A DNA stretch of 64,000 bases from an uncultured Gammaproteobacteria bacterium (GTDB taxonomy: Bacteria > Pseudomonadota > Gammaproteobacteria > Ga0077536), in assembly GCA_963976285.1 (NCBI GenBank), contig CAXBJY010000004.1, forward strand, positions 15,107-79,106, given 5' to 3'. The notes below the pieces were generated by a model. That model was not told where the DNA came from. It did not search any database and saw only the letters and a list, made by a program, of their open reading frames with translations. The position numbers and the translations under genes are program-made. This document shows positions 1-8,328 of this stretch, piece by piece (position 1 is the stretch's first letter; each line of letters opens with the position of its first letter).

Positions 1-110
1 CGCGCTCGCATAACCGGTAATCAACGACAGAAACGCGATGCCGCGCCGCGTATCCGACCCGGCTGACAGTTGTTTGCATTCTTTTGGCACGCGATACTTC
101 GCACTCTTTT

Positions 111-129
111 CCGGGCGCCTCGCGCCCGG
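111..129 (+). promoter_or_regulatory. GC hairpin (ccgggcgc-ctc-gcgcccgg) immediately upstream of the SD of the first gene
   Basis: Perfect 8-bp inverted repeat with a 3-nt loop. It is followed by gaaggaggag (SD) and ATG at 157. Its function is not established; it is not a canonical terminator because no T-run follows. Confidence 0.25.
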
Positions 130-156
130 CGGGTTGAAGGAGGAGCGAGTAGTACG

Positions 157-723
157 ATGATGCGCCGATACACCCTGTTGTTACTGTGTGCAGTTTGCGC
201 GCAGCCGCTTGCCGGCAGTACACCGGATAGCGCCACGACGGTTCGCGCGACGGTTCTGCGCGACGCGCCGGCGCGAACGAGTTCGGTCGTCCGCGAGCTG
301 GCCGCCGGCGTCGAGCTTGACGTATTTGCGCGCGAACGGCTGTGGGTCAAGGCGGCGCCGGGCGGCGCCGGCGAAGCAGCAGCCGGTTGGCTGCGCTTCA
401 CGGAAGTTCGCTACCACGCCCCGGCCGCGCCGGTTGCCGCGAAATCAGACGCGACAACGGACACCGGCGGTTTCGCCGGGTTCTCACGCTCCGTCAGCGG
501 ATTCCTCCGGGGATTCGGCAGCCGGTCCGCGAACTCTCCCCAGGCTACGTCCACGATCGGGATCCGCGGACTCACGGTTGCCGAACTCGCCGCCGCAAAC
601 CCGGATCCGAATGCCCTCGCGCTCGTCGATCGCTACGTGATTTCCAAAGCCGACGCGGAACAGTTTGCCGGGGTCGGTGGCCTGACGGCGCGCAGCGTCG
701 AGGATTCCGGGGGGCCACGATGA
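157..723 (+). CDS. secreted SH3b-like domain protein
   Basis: ATG after an aggagg SD. N-terminal hydrophobic signal peptide (RRYTLLLLCAVCAQPLAG). The segment TVLRDAPARTSSVVRELAAGVELDVFARERLWVKAAP resembles a bacterial SH3 domain. The stop overlaps the next start (ATGA). Confidence 0.6.
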   Translation: MMRRYTLLLLCAVCAQPLAGSTPDSATTVRATVLRDAPARTSSVVRELAAGVELDVFARERLWVKAAPGGAGEAAAGWLRFTEVRYHAPAAPVAAKSDATTDTGGFAGFSRSVSGFLRGFGSRSANSPQATSTIGIRGLTVAELAAANPDPNALALVDRYVISKADAEQFAGVGGLTARSVEDSGGPR

Positions 724-1610
724 TCCGCAAATCCGGCGGCGCGCTCGCGCTCGCGATTTTCCTCGCCGCTCTCGCCGCGCCCGCCCCGGCGTTCGATTTC
801 GGCAAACTCGGCGACGCCGTGCGCAAACTCGATGTGAACAAGGCGCTCGACGTCGGTAAACGTATCGTCGCGAGTACGACGGAAATGCCGGAAGAACAGG
901 AAATCGCCCTTGGCAACGATCTGACGGCACGACTGCTCGGTGCGATGCGACCGCTGGACGATGCGGCGGTACAGGCCTACGTTAACCGCGTCGGGCGCTG
1001 GATCACGCTGCAGACGAGCCGGCCGGACCTGCCGTGGCGGTTCGCGGTCGTGGATACGGATTCACTCGGCGCGTTCGCCACCCCGGGCGGCAATGTCGTG
1101 ATCACGGCGGGCCTGATGCGGCTGATGCGTGATGAGAACGAACTCGCCGGCGTGCTCGCGCATGAAATCTCGCATGTCGTCGACAAGCACCACGTCAAGG
1201 CGATCATGGCGCAGGCGCGGTTATCGCTCGCGCGCGATATGGCGGCGGACATGGCCAGTGAATACGTGGCAAAAAATCCGCTCGTGACCGAAGCACTGAT
1301 GAACGCCGGTATGAATCTCTACTCCAGTGGTCTCGATCAGGCCGACGAACTCGCCGCCGACCGTGCCGGAACCCTGCTCGCGGCGAGCAGTGGTTACGAT
1401 CCGCTCGGACTGCTGTTCGTGCTGTCCACGCTCGACACGATCGACACGGCGGAGCCTCGTGGCGCCCTTATGTTCTCGACCCATCCACCTACGCGTGAGC
1501 GCATCGACCGGCTCGAACAACTCGCCGAAACCGCCGCTGAGACGTATCCCGGAACACTGCGCGACACGAACCGCTTCACGACCACGCAGGCGCGGCTGTT
1601 CCAGCCCTGA
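720..1610 (+). CDS. M48 family zinc metallopeptidase (LoiP/YggG-like)
   Basis: HEISHV (HExxH) motif and a signal peptide (MIRKSGGALALAIFLAALAAPAPA). Translationally coupled to the upstream gene. Confidence 0.8.
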   Translation: MIRKSGGALALAIFLAALAAPAPAFDFGKLGDAVRKLDVNKALDVGKRIVASTTEMPEEQEIALGNDLTARLLGAMRPLDDAAVQAYVNRVGRWITLQTSRPDLPWRFAVVDTDSLGAFATPGGNVVITAGLMRLMRDENELAGVLAHEISHVVDKHHVKAIMAQARLSLARDMAADMASEYVAKNPLVTEALMNAGMNLYSSGLDQADELAADRAGTLLAASSGYDPLGLLFVLSTLDTIDTAEPRGALMFSTHPPTRERIDRLEQLAETAAETYPGTLRDTNRFTTTQARLFQP

Positions 1611-1754
1611 GCGACGTCGGTGTCGCCGCGGGCCTCGCCCGCCGACTTCCCGTGCGCTGTCGTGATCGCCCGGCGCGCGGTATATTCTTACGCCCTGTTC
1701 GCCGCTGGCGCACGTCGTCGCGCGAGCACCCTGTCACGGTCGCGAGGATGTTCG

Positions 1755-2201
1755 ATGAAAGCACAAGTGAAGGAAGAATACGTTCAGATCGATACAACGG
1801 ACTGGCAGCCGTTCCCGGACGCGCTTTCCGCCGGCGGGATACGCTGGAAGCTGTTGCATGTATCGCCCGAGTCCGGCGCCTGGACGGCGATATTCGATTG
1901 CCCGCAGGGCTCGTCGTTCAACCGCCACATTCACGTTGGTCCCGGTGAATACCTGCTGACGAAGGGAAAAATGGAAGTTCGCGGCGGGGTCCAGGAAGGC
2001 GGGGCGACGGCGATCGCGCCGGGCTACGGCTATGAGTCGTGCAACGCACGCCACGACAAGACGTATTTCCCCATCGACAGCGAGTTCTACATGACGTTTC
2101 TCGGACCGCTGCAGTTCGTCGAGGAAGACGGGTCGCCGATCGCGGTCGTCGGGTGGGAACAGGCGCAGGGCTTGTGGGCGCAGCAGACGGGCGCGGCCTG
2201 A
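1755..2201 (+). CDS. cupin domain protein (ChrR-like cupin)
   Basis: ATG at 1755 preceded by gagga. The His-containing beta-barrel motif (NRHIHVGPGEYLLTKG) is typical of cupins. Confidence 0.65.
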   Translation: MKAQVKEEYVQIDTTDWQPFPDALSAGGIRWKLLHVSPESGAWTAIFDCPQGSSFNRHIHVGPGEYLLTKGKMEVRGGVQEGGATAIAPGYGYESCNARHDKTYFPIDSEFYMTFLGPLQFVEEDGSPIAVVGWEQAQGLWAQQTGAA

Positions 2202-2273
2202 GGTCCCGGCGCGCAGCAAAGCCCGGTTAGCGACGCCGACGTCCCGCGCGAACAGGCGCGGGATTTGCGCCCG

Positions 2274-3269
2274 CTACAGGCCGAAGATCTCCAGCGGTGG
2301 TTCGTCGAGTGCCGCGAACTGCTCGCGCAAATCGAGAATGTGCTGTTCCCAGTAGCGTGGTTCGTTGAACCAGGTGAACGTCCGCGGGAACGCCGGGTCG
2401 TCCCAGCGTTCCGCGAGCCAGGCGTTGTAGTGCAGCAGCCTGAGCGTACGCAGCGCCTCGACCAGGTGCAGTTCGCGCAGATCGAACTCGTGGAATTCGT
2501 TATAGCCCTCGATGATCTCGGATAACTGCGCGCGCTGACGTTCGCGGTCACCGGACAAGAGCATCCACACGTCCTGCACCGCGGGCGCCATGCGGGCATC
2601 ATCGAAGTCGACGAAATGCGGCGTATCGTCGCGCCACAGAATGTTGCCGCTGTGGCAATCGCCGTGTACCCGGATCGGCCGTACCCCGCCGGCTTCGTCG
2701 AAGCGGGTTTCAATTTTCCGCATCAGATCCGCGATCAGCGAGTCGTAGGACGTGCGCAGGTCGACCGGGATGAAATCCGCTGCGACTACCGCGACGGCGT
2801 CATACCCGAAAGTCTGCACCGTAAGCGCCGGTCGGAACTCGAATGGCCGGCTTGCGCCGAGACGGTGGATGCGACCGAGCAGACGTCCAAGAATCAGCAG
2901 GTTGTCGAGATCGTCGATATCCGGGGTGCGGCCGCCACGGCGCGGGTACAGCGACAGGCGAAAATCGTCGACCCGCATCAGGCTGTCGCCGGCCTCGTTG
3001 CGCAACGGCGCAACGACCGGGATCTCGTGCTCGGCGAGTTCGAAGCAGAATTCATGCTCCTCGCCGATTTGCGCATCCGTCCAGCGTCCGGGGCGATAAA
3101 ACTTCGCGATCAGCGGCTCCGCGTCCTCGATACCGACCTGGTACACGCGGTTTTCGTAGCTGTTCAGTGCGAGCAGCCGGCCATCGGTAATGTAGCCCTG
3201 TTGTTCAATCGCCCCGAGGATGAAATCGGGGGTCAGGGTTTCGAAAGGATGGCTCGTCTCATTGTTCAC
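2274..3269 (-). CDS. srkA: stress response serine/threonine kinase SrkA (YihE)
   Basis: GTG start giving MNNETSHPFETLTPDFILGAIEQQGYITDGRLLALNSYENRVYQV, which is collinear with E. coli SrkA (MNNSAFTFQTLHPDTIMDALFEHGIRVDSGLTPLNSYENRVYQF). Kinase motifs HGDCHSGNILW and DFDD are present. Confidence 0.85.
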   Translation of the reverse strand: MNNETSHPFETLTPDFILGAIEQQGYITDGRLLALNSYENRVYQVGIEDAEPLIAKFYRPGRWTDAQIGEEHEFCFELAEHEIPVVAPLRNEAGDSLMRVDDFRLSLYPRRGGRTPDIDDLDNLLILGRLLGRIHRLGASRPFEFRPALTVQTFGYDAVAVVAADFIPVDLRTSYDSLIADLMRKIETRFDEAGGVRPIRVHGDCHSGNILWRDDTPHFVDFDDARMAPAVQDVWMLLSGDRERQRAQLSEIIEGYNEFHEFDLRELHLVEALRTLRLLHYNAWLAERWDDPAFPRTFTWFNEPRYWEQHILDLREQFAALDEPPLEIFGL

Positions 3270-3371
3270 GGCAGGCGGGTTCGCTCGCGGGATTCGGGTC
3301 GGCATTCTACCCCGCGCGAGCCGGTCCACGGGGGATTCAAGCCGGCCGCGGCCGCAGCCGCTAATGTAGTC

Positions 3372-4190
3372 ATGGAAGGGGTGGAAGACAGCAGCGACGA
3401 AACCGCGCCGGAGGACCGTGAGGCCGCGCCGCGAATGGCCGCGCCCGTGAGACGCACGCGCGGGCGCGACGTGTTCGCGAACGACGCCGGGTTTGGCGAC
3501 GACGACAGTCTTGGTGATCACTGGTCGGTACCGTGGTCCGACGTCATGATGATCATGTTCGCTTTGTTCGCGGCACTGCTCGCGGCGAAAATGATGCAGC
3601 CCGATATCGAAATACGCTATCGCGCGGCCCCGGTACCGCAGATCAACGAAGTCGAGATCGAAAAGCCGGTCGATCGTCCCGTGCTCTCGCGTCAGCCGTC
3701 GTTCGAACCCCTGATGCAGCTGAATGTCCTCGAACGCAGTCGCGACGCGGTACGCGAAATGCAGTTGCACAACGTCGACATCGCCCTGCTCGACGATCAG
3801 TCCGTCAAGATCAGCGTCCAGGGTCCGATGTTTTTCGAACTCGGCCAGGCCGATCTGCAGCCCGAGGTCAGGGAGTTCCTCGATCGCCTCGCCCGCGTCA
3901 TCGCCCAGACTCCCTATCAGATTCACGTCGTCGGCCACACCGACGATTATCCGATCAATACGGAACTGTTCCCGAGTAACTGGGAGCTTTCACTCGTGCG
4001 CGCGAGCCGCGTTGCCAGGCACCTGATCAGCGCATCCGCGCTCGATCCCGCGCGCTTCGTCGTGATGGGCCGGAGCCAGTACGCGCCGGCGCATCCGAAC
4101 AAGGACGATGCCATGCGTGCGCTGAATCGTCGGGTCGAGATCATCATTACACGCGAGGTCGCGCCTGCTGCACCCGAGGAGGGGACATGA
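3372..4190 (+). CDS. MotB-like stator protein (N-terminal TM with conserved Asp, C-terminal OmpA/peptidoglycan-binding domain)
   Basis: TM segment WSDVMMIMFALFAALL carries an Asp at the position of the MotB proton-accepting Asp. OmpA-like C-terminus (SNWELSLVRASRV...NRRVEI). The start is uncertain; 3372 is the first ATG, and ATGs at about 3436 and 3546 are alternatives. The stop overlaps the motA-like start. Confidence 0.75.
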   Translation: MEGVEDSSDETAPEDREAAPRMAAPVRRTRGRDVFANDAGFGDDDSLGDHWSVPWSDVMMIMFALFAALLAAKMMQPDIEIRYRAAPVPQINEVEIEKPVDRPVLSRQPSFEPLMQLNVLERSRDAVREMQLHNVDIALLDDQSVKISVQGPMFFELGQADLQPEVREFLDRLARVIAQTPYQIHVVGHTDDYPINTELFPSNWELSLVRASRVARHLISASALDPARFVVMGRSQYAPAHPNKDDAMRALNRRVEIIITREVAPAAPEEGT

Positions 4191-4999
4191 GCACTTATAA
4201 CTGGATGGGCGTTGTGCTGTTCGCCGGAATCTACGGCGCAACGTTCCTGTTTTCCGACAACGCCGCCCTGATGTTCAACGGGATTGGATTGTGCGTCGTG
4301 CTGTCGGGCACGCTCGGAGCGATATTCCTGAGTTATCCCGTCGAGGATCTCCGCGCGGCCGTGCGCGTCGCACGTAATACGTACGCCGGCCGTATGCTCA
4401 CCCCGGAGCGCATCATCGAAATTCTCAGCGAACTCGCCGCGCTGACCCGCTCGAAAGGCGTGCTCGCCCTCGAGAGCTTCAGCGAACAGACCACGATCGG
4501 GTTTCTGAAGCGGGCGCTGAACCTGCTCGTCGACGGTTTCAGGGACGACGAACTCGACGAAATCCTGCATACGGAAATGGCTTACTTCAAACAGCGTCGC
4601 CTGCAGCACGAACGCGTGTTTCGCCACGCCGCGCGCCTCGCCCCGGCGTTCGGCGTCGCCGGCAGCGTGATCGGTCTGATCGCGATGCTCGCCGGTATTG
4701 GCGATCCGGAAGTGATCCTCAGATCCATACCGATCGCGCTGACCTCTACGCTGTACGGCATCGTGCTCAGCAATTTCATTCTCGCCCCGATCGCCGAGAG
4801 CATCCGGGCGAAAACGGAGCGCGAACTGTTGCTGCAGAAGCTTGTAACCGACGGCGTAATCATCATCCGCCGCGAGCCGAACCCGGTTCGCCTGGCAACG
4901 AAACTCGAGTCGTTCCTGACTCCTTCAGCCCGGCATCACGAGAACCGCTCGATCGACGAAATCCGCGACCGCATTCGCAATCTGCATTCCGCGGTCTAG
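4187..4999 (+). CDS. MotA/TolQ/ExbB-family proton channel (MotA/PomA-like)
   Basis: gaggagggg SD. Four predicted TMs with a large cytoplasmic loop between TM2 and TM3. GVAGSVIGLIAMLAGI motif. ATGA overlap with the upstream MotB-like gene. Confidence 0.8.
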   Translation: MSTYNWMGVVLFAGIYGATFLFSDNAALMFNGIGLCVVLSGTLGAIFLSYPVEDLRAAVRVARNTYAGRMLTPERIIEILSELAALTRSKGVLALESFSEQTTIGFLKRALNLLVDGFRDDELDEILHTEMAYFKQRRLQHERVFRHAARLAPAFGVAGSVIGLIAMLAGIGDPEVILRSIPIALTSTLYGIVLSNFILAPIAESIRAKTERELLLQKLVTDGVIIIRREPNPVRLATKLESFLTPSARHHENRSIDEIRDRIRNLHSAV

Positions 5000-5029
5000 C
5001 CGCCAGGCGGCGACCGCCGCGGGTCTTGT

Positions 5030-5060
5030 CCGGCGCCGCGACGGGCGCCGGAAGAATGTC
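5030..5060 (+). terminator. GC-rich hairpin after the motA-like gene (ccggcgcc-gcgacg-ggcgccgg), with a T-run displaced about 9 nt
   Basis: 8-bp perfect stem seen in the sequence. Non-canonical spacing to the tttttt run, so only a weak terminator call. Confidence 0.3.
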
Positions 5061-5118
5061 ATTTTTTGTTAACTTCGTTATAGTATTTCCTCACGAAGGA
5101 CCCTGAGGGAGTGAGGAG

Positions 5119-5871
5119 ATGCTGGGCGCTCTAGTTAACGATAACCGTCGCTCGGCCTATCGTGTACGACCCATAGAAACGGACCGCCTGCGACTCATAC
5201 TCAAGTGGCGGGACACCCGTTATGAACCATTCGAGGTGGGTGATGTAACGCGCCACGGCGCGAGCGTGCGCTTCCCGAAGGGGGTCGGCCCGGGCGTCCG
5301 CAAGGGCGACGAGGTCGCGGTCGAAATCGAGTCGCCGAACCTGCACGGCGGCGCGACGATTGCCGCGCGGGTCGTATTCTCCGGTGACAGTACGACCGAA
5401 CGCATGCTCGGTCTCGCGTTTGACGATGCCGAGGGGCTCGATGCGCGCGCTACCGAGAGCTTTTTCCAGTTGTTCAATCGCCGCGTCGCCTATCGCGACA
5501 GCCAGTCAAACCCGTCGACCCCGCTGCCGGCGACGGTCAAGCCGCTGGCAACGGCCGCGCAGAACAATCTCGTATTCCCGGTAATCGTGCGCAACCTGTC
5601 GGCCACCGGCATCTGCCTCGATGTCGGCGAGGTGGCGGATCGTTTCATGGTGGAACGCGGTGACATTCGCGTGTCGTTGACACTACCCGGCATCCAGCCG
5701 CCGTGCGACATCATTACGACCGTGCGTTACCGCAGCGTGATCGCCGGCAAGATCTATTACGGCTGCCACTTCGACTGGCCGGCCACCCCGCGTGCCCAGG
5801 CGATTCTCGAAGCCCTGACGAATTACACGACGGAGCGGTTCGAACAGGAAATCGCAAGCCTGAGCGGCTAG
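5119..5871 (+). CDS. PilZ domain protein (tandem PilZ-like domains; c-di-GMP receptor)
   Basis: gagtgaggag SD. N-terminal RRSAYRVRP (RxxxR) with DVTRHGASV. Second domain carries NLSATGICLD (D/NxSxxG). Confidence 0.75.
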   Translation: MLGALVNDNRRSAYRVRPIETDRLRLILKWRDTRYEPFEVGDVTRHGASVRFPKGVGPGVRKGDEVAVEIESPNLHGGATIAARVVFSGDSTTERMLGLAFDDAEGLDARATESFFQLFNRRVAYRDSQSNPSTPLPATVKPLATAAQNNLVFPVIVRNLSATGICLDVGEVADRFMVERGDIRVSLTLPGIQPPCDIITTVRYRSVIAGKIYYGCHFDWPATPRAQAILEALTNYTTERFEQEIASLSG

Positions 5872-5879
5872 CGCCCGCA

Positions 5880-6725
5880 CTAATCGCGGATTTTCTCCGC
5901 GATAGCCGCAATCTCATCGAGCCGCGCAAGCACGACATCGCGCCCGGCCGCGGGAACCCCGAAAATCATTTCACGATAGCCCTCGGCGATCCGTGCGTTC
6001 AACTCCGCTTCATCGTTCGGCGCCATGAACAGGCCGAGCGTAATTTCCGAAAAATCACGCCCGCGTTTTTCGCACGCCTCACGCAGCATGGTGACATTGC
6101 CGCCACCGTCGCGCCCGTTGATCGGCATCCAGCCGTCGGCGTAGTCAGCCACGCGGCCGGGGACCCATTTTGAATTCGCGCCGATCCAGATCGGTGGCCC
6201 GCCGTGCTGGACCGGTTTCGGGTACGACCACATCGGATCAAAGTCCACGAACTCGCCGTGAAACTCCGGCTCGTCTTCTGTCCAGATCGTTTTCATCGCC
6301 ATGATCTTCTCGCGCAACACGCGCCAGCGCTGATCGAAGCGCACGCCGTGATTCTCCACCTCCGGCGCGTTCCACCCGGCACCGATCCCGAGCAGCATGC
6401 GGCCATTGGAAATTCTGTCGAGCGACGCGACCTCTTTCGCGAGCGTGATCGGATCGCGCTGTATGACGAGGCAGATCCCCGTCGCCAGCGTGATGCGCTC
6501 CGTTACCGCGGCGCAGGCGGCCAGCGCGACGAACGGATCGTGCGTACGTTTGTAGAATTCCGGTACCACTCCGTCGGGCATGAAAGGTGATGACGAGCCA
6601 AGCGGCATATGCGTATGTTCGGGGAGGAACAGCGAATCGAGATTGCGTTCTTCCACCGCCCGGGCCAGTTCGACGGGCTGGATCGTTTCGTCAGTCGGGA
6701 AAATTACGATACCGCTGCGTGCCAT
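5880..6725 (-). CDS. LLM-class (luciferase-like) flavin-dependent oxidoreductase
   Basis: 281-aa ORF with the luciferase-like TIM-barrel signature (GLFMAPNDEAE...; MLLGIGAGWN). Confidence 0.75.
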   Translation of the reverse strand: MARSGIVIFPTDETIQPVELARAVEERNLDSLFLPEHTHMPLGSSSPFMPDGVVPEFYKRTHDPFVALAACAAVTERITLATGICLVIQRDPITLAKEVASLDRISNGRMLLGIGAGWNAPEVENHGVRFDQRWRVLREKIMAMKTIWTEDEPEFHGEFVDFDPMWSYPKPVQHGGPPIWIGANSKWVPGRVADYADGWMPINGRDGGGNVTMLREACEKRGRDFSEITLGLFMAPNDEAELNARIAEGYREMIFGVPAAGRDVVLARLDEIAAIAEKIRD

Positions 6726-6755
6726 GGTCAGGTTTCCTGTTGTTGCTTGAATTCG

Positions 6756-7262
6756 TTATGCACCGATCACGTTCGGCCGCGGCAAGCCGGCCCGCTCACA
6801 ACCCTGGAGGTAGGTCCTGAGCACGGACCCGGCGTCGGTGACCGATTCGACGTTACCGTCGTCGTCGAGGTTCAGATTCGCGCCTGAGATCGCGAAGAAA
6901 ATATCCGCCGGTTCCGTATTTTCACCGAGCGCGTGCAGCGTATGCACGGAACCGGCGGGCTCGTACAGATACGAGCCGGGGCGATTGACCTCGGGGTACT
7001 CGAGATAGCGCCATGCGCCGCGGGTGGTGTAGGCATACACGGTGCCGGTGTGGCGGTGGCGCTGAACCGTCGTTCCGGGCGCGAACTTCGTGCGTACAAT
7101 CCACAATCCGAGCTCGATATCGACCTGCATCAACTGGAATTCCACCCCGTCGGTGAAATAGACGAACGGTAATTCTTCTTCGCCGCGGTGCATCGCGGCC
7201 GGGATCCCGGGTATCGCGGTTGCGCTCGGTGCGTTCACGGCAGCTTGTGGTCTTGGACTCAT
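6756..7262 (-). CDS. cupin-fold protein (dioxygenase-like)
   Basis: ATG at 7262. Motifs HRHTGTVYAYTTRG...GSVHTL fit cupin metal-binding residues. Confidence 0.6.
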   Translation of the reverse strand: MSPRPQAAVNAPSATAIPGIPAAMHRGEEELPFVYFTDGVEFQLMQVDIELGLWIVRTKFAPGTTVQRHRHTGTVYAYTTRGAWRYLEYPEVNRPGSYLYEPAGSVHTLHALGENTEPADIFFAISGANLNLDDDGNVESVTDAGSVLRTYLQGCERAGLPRPNVIGA

Positions 7263-7296
7263 CGCGCGCCTCCCGGTTTCGGCTGGCGGGTTCGTG

Positions 7297-8127
7297 TCAG
7301 TTCCGGCACTGCTCGACGAACGCCGCGAGTTCGCGATTGTAGCGCGGCGCGTCCTCGAGGAACGGCGCATGGCCGATCCCGTCGTACCAGGATATTGTCG
7401 CCGTCGGACAGTGCGTGCCGATGTATTCCCCCGCGGCCGGCAACACGACCCGGTCCGCGCGTCCATGGGTGACGAGCACGGGCTTCGTCATCGCCGCGAG
7501 GATGTCCGTGTTGTCGAGCTCGCGTGCACCGAGGTTGCCACGCACCTGCGGCGGGACGAGCATGTTGTACGCGAGCGCCGTCTCGAAATCCGACCGTTCC
7601 GGTTCGATCTCGAAACACGCGTGCAGGAACTGTTTCATCGCCTCGATACTCGTCGTCATATCCGTCGAACTTGCGTTCGCGAAATGGTCGAGGAAGCCCG
7701 GTCCGATCAACGTGCCAAACGCAGCCTCGTTCAACACGGTTGCGGCGCCGACAAAATTGACCCCGGCTATCGCGGCATCACCATGCAGGCGCAGGTAGTC
7801 GCAGATGACAAGACCGCCATACGACCACCCGGCGAGTACCGGCTGCTTCAGCGCGAGCGTGTTGATCACCGCATCGATGTCGTCGGCCCACAGGTTCGAG
7901 TCCGTATAGGCATCGGCATCAAGCGGCTTGCCGGACATGCCATGGCCGCGCAGGTCGATGGCGACGACGTGGTACGTGCGGGCAAGATCGGCTTCGAACT
8001 GACGCACCCAGCTCAGGTAGCTCTGCGACCAGCCATGGATGAACATCAGCGCCGGCTTCGTGGTGTCGCCCCATTCGCTGGCGTGCAAAGCGAGCCCGCC
8101 ACCGCCCGTGATCGTGTGATTGCGCAT
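7297..8127 (-). CDS. alpha/beta hydrolase
   Basis: HGWSQSY (HG oxyanion), GWSYGG (GxSxG nucleophile elbow), and C-terminal GHAPF. The start is taken at MRNHTITGGGG; upstream in-frame ATGs exist. Confidence 0.75.
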   Translation of the reverse strand: MRNHTITGGGGLALHASEWGDTTKPALMFIHGWSQSYLSWVRQFEADLARTYHVVAIDLRGHGMSGKPLDADAYTDSNLWADDIDAVINTLALKQPVLAGWSYGGLVICDYLRLHGDAAIAGVNFVGAATVLNEAAFGTLIGPGFLDHFANASSTDMTTSIEAMKQFLHACFEIEPERSDFETALAYNMLVPPQVRGNLGARELDNTDILAAMTKPVLVTHGRADRVVLPAAGEYIGTHCPTATISWYDGIGHAPFLEDAPRYNRELAAFVEQCRN

Positions 8128-8328
8128 GCCTGGGCCTCGCTGGAGTTTGTTTCGCTTACCGGAGTTGCCGTTCGTGACGGCTCGCAACGGCATTCTAGTC
8201 GATCCGGCAGTGGCCACATTCGCTACCGAATTGACGCGAAAAATAATCTCGTGTTAAATGTTAGATAACGAACAAAAACTATTGAATTTTCGATATTTTT
8301 ATCTGACTACGTTATCCAGAATAATTCG
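8128..8328. promoter_or_regulatory. AT-rich divergent promoter region between the hydrolase operon and the EAL gene
   Basis: Locally AT-rich (aaaaataatctcgtgttaaatgttagataacgaacaaaaactattgaattttcgatatttttatct) in a genome of about 67% GC. Contains the imperfect inverted repeat agataacgaa/ttcgatatttttatct. Confidence 0.4.

Noticed and set aside
2616-3371. N-terminal 252 codons of the 524-aa ORF containing the MotB-like gene
   Set aside because: This stretch is antisense to srkA, is Arg-rich, and lacks a TM or domain. The MotB-like protein begins at the ATG at 3372 or later.
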